Shown here in pieces: positions 37,901 through 47,700 of a DNA stretch of 64,000 nt. Both the position numbers and the translations under genes were made by a program. The notes beneath the pieces are model-generated. The model saw only the letters and a list, made by a program, of their open reading frames with translations. It did not search any database and was not told the origin of the DNA. The DNA is from Phoronis australis (taxonomy: Eukaryota; Animalia; Phoronida): positions 278,534-342,533 of the forward strand of contig NMRA01000173.1 in NCBI GenBank assembly GCA_002633005.1, given 5' to 3'. Within the stretch, counting starts at the first letter, position 1; each line of letters starts with the position of its first letter.

Positions 37901-39363
37901 GAACGATTACGGTATTTTGCAAACCACATATTTATTTAAGTCATTTCTAAAGGGAGGGATTTCAGATATTATGTCATCCATTTTCAATAGAAATTTTCAC
38001 CCAAACTGGCCATTATTATGGTAAGCAGATTTAGAAAGCAGGTTATCTAGTACTGTGTGTCACCATATCAAATTTGTGATACAGAATTTGCATGTCATTA
38101 TTACAATACTTCAACAGACGAAGTTATTTCTTTTATAAACACTGATGAATAAACTTTCGACATTCTGCATCTTCCCAAGAATACAACACTGCAAACATTT
38201 TGGTTTGACTGAAAAAGCAAACACTCCAAACACTCAGTAAATGGAATTAAGATGGACATGTGTGGCATTACTTTGAATAATAGAAGACTGACATGTCACT
38301 TACCTTATGACTGAATACATGAGCTGTTTCCTCACGCCAACGGTGGTTCAATGAGTTTTCTAAAGGATCCCTTGATATACACGCATTCTGCGCCAACAGG
38401 TTTTTGGGGTCACTCTCAAATTTCTCTTGGAATGATGCAAGGGTCGGCTTTGACAGAGCTGAAATAATGACAGGCTGTGAATAAGATGGGGCAAGTTGAG
38501 CACATAGCGCATGAAGAAGAGATATGGAAATGTTTATGTATCAAGTCTTTGTTAAAGATTAAATGTCTGAATACAATTCAAATGAAATGCAGTTTTCCAA
38601 TCAACAAACCAGATATGCAAAATTTACCCTACTGGGCTTGTGTTAAATAGTGAAAGTACAAAGTCAAAGATTGTACATTACAAAAGGCAATCAAGAAGGG
38701 CAAATCTGATAGAAACATTTACTCACCATGAGGTCTTATTTCACTCATATGCAAATTACATGAGGTGGATACATTTCTACTGATAGATGTTATAAAGTGT
38801 CTATTAGTAACTAACACCCTCTGCATGTGCTTAAGAGTAATCATATTCAGCTATCTAACTTTCAATTGTCTACCAAAAAGTCAGGATTTTTGCAAGCTTC
38901 AGAATAATTCGGAGACTTGGAAAAATGTACGGAATGAGTTGTGCAGCTGTGAAAAATAGCAAAAATGTGAAAATGGTTTAACTAAAATTTTGATGAATTT
39001 CTTTTCAATGATTTTAAAGAGCCAGTGACTTCCACATAAGGCCATAAGGGATATGGAAACAAAACAAGTTCAGTCAAAAAAGCTATTTGTATCAAGCTGG
39101 AATACAACTCTCGAATGAACAAGGGCTTGTATGAGATTCAGAGTGAAAACAAAAGAAATTATCTCTGTCTAAATGTAGCTTAATCGTCCAAACACTGAGT
39201 AGGCTACTAGTGACTGCCAGACAGACCACGCAGCGATGCGTCAAGTCAACACCGATAGTCGACCTATTCCTTGGAAGTGACGAACGCGACGAACACCTGA
39301 TTTCGACAGTTTATTCTGAACAACACAGAATTTCTTGGTCATAAATTATGAAGTACCTGGCAT
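19994..39363 (-). CDS. BLMH: Bleomycin hydrolase (peptidase C1B), 456 aa, 11 coding exons
   Basis: Exons 39363-39357, 38458-38304, 35490-35338, 35032-34802, 33126-33034, 32618-32463, 30526-30368, 26606-26539, 25802-25682, 22762-22699, 20157-19994 total 1371 nt in phase. Catalytic motifs NQKSSGRCWIF (Cys), MTHAM (His) and VENSWG (Asn), plus DGGQWDM, VWFGCDV and WDPMGALA. Confidence 0.97.
20305..22374 (-). mobile_element. Helentron-associated (HINE-like) non-autonomous element with nested insertions
   Basis: Ends aacaagagcaatgctaagtgttga and tcaacacgcacactagctaa share a short subterminal inverted motif. Interior has gccacta/aaagatcc-type repeats like those in 27178-29939. Confidence 0.45.
20353..20874 (+). 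mobile_element. hAT-like MITE, copy 1, 6-bp TSD tatcaa
   Basis: TIR cagggcttggaat / attccaagccctg. Highly similar along its length to 47112-47625. Confidence 0.9.
22850..23090. repeat. GC-rich 15-bp minisatellite, about 14 copies
   Basis: Unit ggcacagg(g/a)ccaggc. Explains the GTGPG and PGPVP ORFs. Confidence 0.93.
24789..25495. repeat. 39-bp minisatellite, about 18 copies
   Basis: Unit ctgtacgcttgtgaaatgtagctttgtagcactcaagta. Explains the 285-aa and 262-aa ORFs. Confidence 0.97.
25899..26129. repeat. 39-bp minisatellite, 6 near-perfect copies
   Basis: Unit tgtatcactagattacattaggtgatcacatctttattg. Confidence 0.97.
27178..29939 (-). mobile_element. Helentron-associated (HINE/DINE-like) element with three diverged internal units of about 410-440 bp
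   Basis: Minus-strand 5' end ttttatgcgcccac-atatttatat-gtggacgcat hairpin followed by a GTCC-rich tract. Matching subterminal motif gtgggtgcat precedes ...ctcttgt near 27178. The aaagatcctg anchor recurs near 28517, 28926 and 29363. Confidence 0.7.
27454..28511 (+). mobile_element. Kolobok-like non-autonomous element with THAP pseudogene, nested in the HINE
   Basis: TIR aggagaatgccaccc / gggtggcatgctcct (14/15), flanks ttca/ttaa. MLRCIVPTCSN...SFFRLHRESEMLRRWL starts at 27628, with out-of-frame RVCGRQ near 27783. Confidence 0.8.
30778..32168. repeat. 28-bp minisatellite interrupted by a gap and a transposon end
   Basis: Unit ctagaggcctacccttaacagttcacaa at 30778-30935, resuming at 32127-32168. 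Confidence 0.93.
30936..32126 (-). mobile_element. Kolobok-like element inserted at TTAA (mostly in gap; only 31859-32126 visible)
   Basis: Minus-strand terminus TTAA|aggcgaaggcaacc. The satellite stops at ttaa (30932-30935) and resumes at ttaa (32127-32130). Confidence 0.6.
33691..33943. mobile_element. Harbinger-like MITE
   Basis: TIR gggcctgttccaagaaa / tttcttggaaagaaccc, AT-rich interior, 3-bp flanks cag/cat. Confidence 0.6.
35526..37912. mobile_element. 2.39-kb non-autonomous Tc1/mariner-type element
   Basis: Perfect 24-bp TIR ccgtaatcgttcgggttaacgccc, TA flanks and multiple subterminal ttaa(c/g)cgccc repeats. No intact transposase; possible decayed HIRAN-like frame at about 35890-36130 (-). 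Confidence 0.88.
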
Positions 39364-39751
39364 TTTGGAGACGAATATTCACAAAATGGAACAAAATAAG
39401 TGGGAAAAGACCAAACGAAACTGAAAACAACCCTGATAAGTGATGAAATTGCAAATCACGAGCAGAGCAGGAAGTGTAGAAATTGTATACATTCGATTAT
39501 TAATTAAAACTCATAAATATATGTTTTACACGTGTTCTGTATAATCACATGAAACACATTTGATTGATACGAAATAACGAATTTATCAAATTATTGACCT
39601 TTTGGAAGAAATTCAACAAATGTCGAATAGATCAATCAATGAGAAAACAACACTGTAGTTTCCGGTTCATGTTTTGCAAGTGCAAAGTTGCGGGTCGGAA
39701 TTTAGCAGCAACATTGTGGAATGCAAGTCCAATCTTCGATCTTGTTCATCG
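39364..39751. promoter_or_regulatory. Putative bidirectional promoter (BLMH / FN3K) and candidate non-coding FN3K exon 1
   Basis: ETS-type motifs caggaagtg (about 39468) and ttccgg (about 39660). Plus-strand donor G|gtaaga at 39751/39752. The FN3K ATG is preceded by an acceptor ttttgacag at 44724. Confidence 0.5.
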
Positions 39752-39859
39752 GTAAGAAGTGCTTTTGGCACATTTTAGAGTTATTTCAAATGAAAGCTCA
39801 TGTTTCGTGCTGTGTTCACATTTGTTGCTGAACTGAAGTTAAACTTGTTTTGTAACTTG

Positions 39860-41211
39860 TACTCGGGTACCCAATGGTCGTCCGCCTACGCATAAAACCG
39901 GCTTATTGTCGTACTCACCCAATTATTCCACTTCAAAGTTATACTCTGCATAGAACTTGATTTGACTCTCACAAATCCATAGTATTAGTTGATTCAAAAG
40001 TTTTCTTTTATTTATGCCGAGTTGTTTGAACTGTGCATTGCTTTTCGGCAGCCATTTTATAATGACTCCTATGGTCGTCATATGCTGCCGCCTTTTGAAA
40101 GAACAGAAAACCACACAGAAAAAGGCCAAGAAAATAGTGGAAAGTGGTTTACAGCAATTCTACTACAACCACAAACTGTTTTACTAGTATGATATCGATT
40201 TTTAAATCGATTAAAATTGATTTAGAATTTCAGTTCTGGAAAATAAATCGCAATTGCTTTATTCCAGATAGACCTTACTTATTTTCTATTTGTGTCCTCT
40301 TTATTTGACTTTTTACTCTTGTTGTTCTTAACACCACTTATCTCTGCTGTCTTTCCTTTTCTTTTCAGTTTTTCTTCATTCTCTGTTAACACCTTGTCAG
40401 CCAAAGCAGAACTGAAACCCTTTGAGACTTTGTCGGTGCAAGTTGATCATTGAACCTCGATACAATTGTTCTAATAAATTACCCAATATCGTATTGTTTG
40501 ATTTTTTTTTCTCACCTTTAACAGGCTTCTGCAATCATAAATAAAGTTGTATTTGCATTTTATTGCTCAATCTCTTCTTTTATTTTTGATTATGTCATGC
40601 TGTGTTGTATGTAACAATGCAATATAGTGAAATAAAGTCAATGTTTTACTTTATTGGTGGCCATTCCCTATCAATTCAAGTATTTTAATTTTCTTCAAAT
40701 AAATTCAAAATGCTTTAACCAAAAATTTCAACATAAATGTTGAGCTCAGTACTTTGTTTTGCAATAAAAAATAAGTGGACAATATTTTGATGACCAAGGC
40801 GTGGGCCGAAACTGTTAAGCACCCAGCGTGTTCCATTTGTCTGCTGCGTTTTTCCTTTGGCCTAACGGGTGTCGGTTGGTGCCTGGGACAAATAGATACA
40901 TTGCATAAACAATATCTGGGTAGGTTTTTGTTCCGTCTGAAGAAAATTTAATTTCGAAAATATCTTCTGAAAATGAACAAAAAAGTGCATTAGTAAAATC
41001 TACAAGTTTTTGAGTGGTCTCAAAAAAACAGTCGGTAAATGCATTAATTTTAGTCTCAGTTCTTCCATGCGTGTTTCTCCCGAGAGGTTAGTACCTAACG
41101 TGCAGACGAGCACTCCAAATTGGAACGCTAAGTCCCGCGTGGCTGCGCTGCACGCGAAAGAAGATGGCGGACGACCTTTGGAGCCTGACGACGATAGGTA
41201 TCCGGACTATA
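39860..41211. mobile_element. About 1.35-kb non-coding element with degenerate inverted ends, copy A
   Basis: Colinear with 41244-42607. Left-end ccaatggtcgtccgcc pairs with right-end ggcggacgacctttgg (15/16). Confidence 0.75.
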
Positions 41212-41243
41212 CTATAGGCCTAGCTAGTGAACCTGCAGTAATA

Positions 41244-42607
41244 TACTCGGGAACCCAATGGTCGTCCGCCTAAGCATAAAACCGGCTTGTTGTCGTACTC
41301 ACCCAATCATTCCACTTCAAAGTTATGATCTGAATAGGATTTGATTTAACTCTCACAAATATATAGTATTCGTTGATTCAAACGTTTTCTTTTACTTAAG
41401 CCGAGTTGTTCAACTGTGCATTGGTTTTCGGCAGCCATTTTATAATGACACCTATGGTCGTCATGTGCTGCCGCCTTTTGAAAGGACAGAAAACCACACA
41501 GAAAAAGGCCAAGAAAATAGTGGAAAGTGGTTTACAGCAACTCTACTTCAACCACAAACTGTTTTACTGGTATGATATCGATTTTTAAATCGATTAAAAT
41601 TGATTTAGAATTTCAGTTCTGGAAAATAAATCACAATTGTTTTATTCCAGGCAGACCTTACTTATTTTGTATTTGTGACCTCTTTATTTGACTTTTTGCT
41701 CTTGTTGTTCTTAACATCACTTATCTCTGCTGTCCTTCTTTTTCTTTTCAGTTTCTCTTCATTCTCTGTTAACACCTTGTCAGCCAAAACAGAACTGTAA
41801 GCCTTTGAGACTTGGTAGGCGGAAGTTGATCATTGAACCTCGATACAATTGTTCTAATAAATTACCCATAATTGTATTGTTTGATTTTTTCTCATCTTTA
41901 ACAGGCTTCTGCATTCATAAATAAATAAATAAATACCCAAGTTGCATTTGAATTTTATTGCTCAATCTCTTCTTTTATTTTTGATTATGTCATGCTGTGT
42001 TGTATGTAACAAATGCAATATAGTGAAATAAAGTCAATGTTTTACTTTATTGGTGGCCATTCTCTATCAATTCAAGTATTTTAATTTTCTTCAAATAAAT
42101 TCAAAATGCTTTAACCAAAATTTTCAACATAAATGTTGAGTTCAGTACTGTGTTTTGCAATAAAAAAACAAGTGAACAATATTTTGATGACCAAGGCGTG
42201 GGCCGAAACTGTTAAGCACCCAGCGTGTTCCATTTGTCTGCTGCGTTTTTCCTTTGGCCTAACAGATGTCGGTTAGTGCCTGGGACAAATAGATACATTG
42301 CATAAACAATCTCTGAGTTGTTTTTTGTTCCGTCTGAAGAAAATTTAATTTCGAAAATAACTTCTGAAAATGAACAAAAAAGTGCATTAGTAAAATCTAC
42401 AAGTTTTTAAGTGGTCTCAAAAAACAGACGGTAAATGTATTAATTTTAGTCTCAGTTCTTCCATGTGTGTTTCTCCTGAGAGGTTAGTACCTAACGTGCA
42501 GACGAGCACTCCAAATTGGAATGCTAAGTCCCGCGTGGCTGCGCTGCACGCGAAAGAAGATGGCGGACGACCTTTGGAGCCTGACGACGATAGGTATCCG
42601 GACTATA
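41244..42607. mobile_element. About 1.36-kb non-coding element, copy B (tandem with copy A)
   Basis: Same termini as copy A, scattered substitutions and small indels, about 32-bp unique spacer between the copies. Confidence 0.75.
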
Positions 42608-44728
42608 ATTATAAATTACTGTATACACCGGTGACCTAAAGTCGTGAATATATATTATAAGCATAATAAGCAGTTGATTGTCATACTACCCAATGTCCGT
42701 TTGCAACTGCTCATGTGATGTCATGGACATATATCAGCCTTCACAAATATACGTGTTTTGACAATCTTAATCCTTGTTCGTATCCGTAAGCAGAGTTTTA
42801 AAACAGTAATAATTCGCCGGCCATTTTGAATGAGCCGAGGCCCTAAAGTCGTGAACGTTTCGTTTAGACGGAAATGCATGAAGTAAGGCCACACAAATCA
42901 ACTACAGTGCTTACAGTTACTCTAGATGACATGAAAATGCATTGGATTGTTTATTAATTCAGTTTCAATTGAAATAAATTGTTATGTGTTTTGCACCCAA
43001 CTTTGATGTGCACAGACGTTTTCAATGATTAGATTGTTTTTCATTTAAACGGCTGTAACGGGCAAGGTGTCAGTGTCGTTTGATTCCCAGATTTTGCATG
43101 CTCCCTGTCCGGTTTTTAGCTTTACATGTGGATACAAGTTTCATGGCGAGGTGATGAGCAGAACTACCCTGGCTGTGTGCAATTTCGGGGTCTATGGAAG
43201 ATTAACACATAGTGGTACCTAGCTGTATTTTGACGATAGTCTTCATACTGGCTGGCTAAGGCAAAGCCAGCAGCAAAGCCAGCAGCAAAGCCAAAGGCCG
43301 ACGAATTTCGATGACTCATATTAATTTAACAATGACACTGACGTTTTGCTGAGCCTAGGCTCCAAATTTCAGTTGTCTCTTTTTCAAATAAAATCTGTGT
43401 GCACCTCCCTTAGACTGGTATTGCATCAACCCCCGAAAGCTTCTCTTCCCTTGAACCTATTAAAATAAAGTTTTCTTTTTGAGTGGTGAATTGGCGATGC
43501 CTTTGAAATTTCCAAAACAAGTGCAAAACTCTTAAATTCAAAGAGGCTGAATAGTTAACTTGGCGAATTTCAGATGGGGTTTAACTTGTACACCTGGTGA
43601 AAACAAAACTTCGTGTTTGAGGTATCAAAGCCAATGGCAAAGACAAGAAATTTTAAGTGATGGAGATTAGTAAAATAAAATTTAACTTCTACTGACTTGT
43701 AATTTGTTTCTTCTTAGTGCTTATTTTATCATTTGATATAGAATCTAATTGCAGAAGGTGGAATATTACATGTTTGATCTTGACATTGTGTGCTATTTTT
43801 GATTTAAGCACAACAGACACTCAGCTTTTGACAAAGACTTCTTTTTTGATTCTTGATGGTTCATTTGTAACTGTAAGTGTCTCACTCAGTTGGACGTATA
43901 AGTGTGTTTTTACTGTTCGCCGGCAAAGTTTGCAGTGATCTCATTGATCAATAAACGTGATGTAACAACCTTGTCAGCCAAACAAGCGGATTTTAGCGAT
44001 TCACCCAACAAAGTTTTCATGGATCTCAATGGTCAATAAATGTGATGTCACCAGTAAGTTTTCTCGAATAGAATTTGGATTTGTTAGTACAGTTGTCTCC
44101 AAGAGTGGTGGACACCACGATGAAGGTGAAAAAGTCTGACCGTTTAGCCAACATGATGTTGCAGTGATGTTTAGCAATGAGCACGTTGAAAGTTTTGGGG
44201 TCAATAGCATTAAACGTGTACTAGTTTACTCAAAACTTTCAAAATGCCACCCTTTGAATCATAACCTATTTAATTGAAATCGCAATATAAAGCTTGAACT
44301 ACATTAAACAGCAAACCAATCAGTAATAACTGAAATTATTGAGACGATGTTCCTTCTACTATTCTAATGCTGGGGTTTCTCCATGGATTTCTTCCATTTC
44401 TTCAGATTTTTCACCCTGCAGTAGTAGTAGTCCCTTACATTACTTTTTCCCTTAAGAGTTATTTTGGAGGTACAGTTTTGGCTCCGTAATAAAATGAAGT
44501 TCATTAAAATACACCCCATATGCCATGATCGTAATCGCCCTAAGTGTGTAACGTGCCCTGTTCTGAAAAAATTGACCCTGCCAAGTGAAATTTTGTTGAA
44601 ACATACACCCGAGTTTCTGGTGACTATCCCACATGATTTAGTGACTGAGTGCTACTGAGTATGTATAATATTCTGAATGAGGTCAAAAACTCTACGCTGA
44701 GTTTTGTCATTTTCATTTTGACAGCAAA

Positions 44729-47700
44729 ATGGAAGCTCTGCTAAAGAAAGAGTTGGGCACATGTTTATTGAAGCCAGCAGGACATGGTGGTGGAGGCTGT
44801 ATCAGTAATGGTACAGGATACATGACAGACCAAGGTCATCTATTTGTCAAGGTCAACAGCAAGAATGGGGTAATGTTATAATTGTATTTGTTAAAGGTGC
44901 ATTTCTCTGCTGTTTAACTGCAACGTGGAGTTTAAAAGTAATCGCCACATGACCGGTTTGTTTACGAATGTCACGCAGTAACATTTCTGCGTAGACCTCT
45001 AACCACTTCAAGACCAATACCAAAGTGCGGTAGGCCTCCCTTGGCAGTTTGTTCCTCTCAGCTCTACTGCTATTACTTGGCATTTCATGACTGGGGGATC
45101 TCACAACACTCTTCCTTCGTCGCAGCCTTTCAGCACACAACGTTTCAACAGACAATTTTACTCTTACTAGTGTTGTGCTGTTTTCATATCGGACTTATAA
45201 ACTAAAATTATTGTGACACTGTGGAATGTGCTCTGTAAGCCGTAGTGGACCGGCTTCTCAACTTTGTGCATTTTGGTTTGTTTGCATTTTCATTGTGCCG
45301 ATGATACTACTTTATTGTGATTGGTTGAGAAAATGTTTGGGCCACCCAAAAAGGCCTCGAATTTGGGTGGGAGTAAAATTACTTGCAATTAATTAGTGAC
45401 GGAGGAAAGTAATTAAAATAATAAAAAATCAATTATGTACTGTGCGTGGGCTTTCAATTAAGACCATCTAAAAGTGGTAAGAATGGTTTATTTAATTGTT
45501 TATTGAATGAATGTATGCACAAACTACTGAAACCACCAGCATTAATTTTGCCCGTAACATGAAAATATAAACACTTAATATAAGCTCATTTGTCCCAGAA
45601 TGACAACCAAGTGCCCAGTCATGCAATATTCAACATGGCTTCAATTGTCACATTACAACTTTCACTTTTCTCATTCACAAAGGTAGAAAAATGCATTTTA
45701 TGGTTGACATAATTTTGGAATGTTAGGCCACTAAAAGTCAGAAAGCTGAACAGTTGGCAGCAGCTAAGCTGTACAGAGCATTGAGCTGTACAGAGCATTG
45801 AGCTGTACAGAGCATTGAGCTGTACAGAGCATTGAGCTGTACAGAGCATTGAGCTGTACAGAGCATTGAGCTGTACAGAGCATTGAGCTGTACAGAGCAT
45901 TGAGCTGTACAGAGCATTGAGATGTACAGAGCATTGAGCTGTACAGAGCATTGAGCTGTACAGAGCATTGAGCTGTACAGAGCATTGAGCTGTACAGAGC
46001 ATTGAGCTGTACAGAGCATTGAGCTGTACAGAGCATTTATGTACCACTTAACTTCTTGTGTCTTTTTCCTTTTTCAGGCTAGACTCATGTTTGATGGTGA
46101 ATATGCCAGTTTGGCTGCCATAGATGCAACTAAAACCATAAATGTACCCAAACCCATAAAGGTATGCACTGTTTAGTATAAATAAATTTTCATTTTAGGT
46201 CAAAGCTTTGTATACAAAACAGGTGTTTTATGACCAAAAACCCATTTTAGGGTTTTGTTGAGGCAAAATAGACTTTGAAGTTATAAGTTAGAAAATGGAA
46301 AAATCTGTTGTGTTTTTGCATAGGAGAAATTGTTGGTTCGTCAAGTTTGCATCTTGCAAAGTAGTCAACTGAAATAAAGGGAGTGATCTCACCACTGAAA
46401 CTGGTCAATGCAACTGATAGTACTGATCAGAGCTGACATACTGGTCGATGCAACTGATAGTACTGATCAGAGCTGACATGAAAACATAGGGCTAATCTCT
46501 TGAGTGTATGTGAGAAGAGTGGCGGCTCATTGTAAGAATATAACATCTCAAAATTGAGGGCTGGATTTCCACGTGGGATGAGCTGAATATTTCAACTATT
46601 ATTAAGCTTGTTAGTTGGGTCTTATTGAACAGCGGGTGATTTTGTATTGATCTCTCACCTTCCAGAATTAGCTAAATCACAATTATGCCTACTTTTTAAG
46701 ATTTTTAAGCGTAAGCCTAAAATTATCTTTGAAACGCTGAATACAGTTCAAAACTCTTTTTTCCAAATGTCCATGCATCTAAGCTGCAGTACTCAGCACA
46801 ACATATATAATTGTCACTTTAAGAATGTTGTGACATTAAATGGTTGTGTTTTTGTTCTTACGCCCTTGATACTTTTCACATAAATATTGTTTCACACATA
46901 GGCACATGTATCTAATTATGGAGAGATGCATCTAAACATATACATGGGCGGCACACCATAGGGGGCTGGGGGCTATAGCCCCCCACTTTTTTCAGTGCTA
47001 CGTTGCACATGGTCTATAGACGATGCACCACAGGGGGGCTTAGGGGGCTTTAGCCCCACATTTTTCAGTGCTGCGCCGCCACCCATGATATAGGCACATG
47101 GATCTAATTATCAGGGCTTGGAATTTTCCGCGGAAACGCGGATTTCCGCTTTTTTCAAATGTGCTTTCCGCTTTTTTTATAATATTTCCGCGTAAAAAAA
47201 TCGGATTTGATATAAAATTTCCGTGGCAAATTCCTTTCTTACCGCGGCGTTGCAGACGACGTTCACCTCGAAAAGCGGAAGTTGCTCTTTATGTTCGGAG
47301 GAACCTAAATTGTCAACATTGCCGGGGCATCTGGGACAGCGTGGTGTGATTTTCAATGGTGTCTCGTGTTATTGTTAAGCGCGGCGACAAATACTACCGC
47401 TCTGCAGCCAAAAATGTGTGGGTTGGGAGTAGACGGGCGAGCTAAAAAGACGCAGACGCATGCTACTGATGGTGGTAACATTTTTTTTTTTTTTTTTAGT
47501 CCTAACGATTTTTGTCGGGGAAAGGTTCACATTGACCATTTCTAGGCTGGTTATCGGGCGATGATTTGGGCCGTAAAAGTTTCAAAGTTTCCGCGTTTTT
47601 TTGTCATTGGTCATTCCAAGCCCTGAATTATGGAGAGATGCATCTTGACATATAAATGCATGGGTGCAAGTTACTCTTATGTTCACAGGAAACTATCCCT

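Noticed and set aside
40787-40815. Hammerhead-like ttgatga...ggc-gtgg-gcc-gaaac in both tandem copies
   Set aside because: Core lacks the invariant C and has extra bases; no convincing stems I and III.
42623-42860. Tc1-like left end ta|caccggtgacctaaagtcgtgaa with an internal repeat
   Set aside because: No matching right end or transposase found, so no boundaries can be given.
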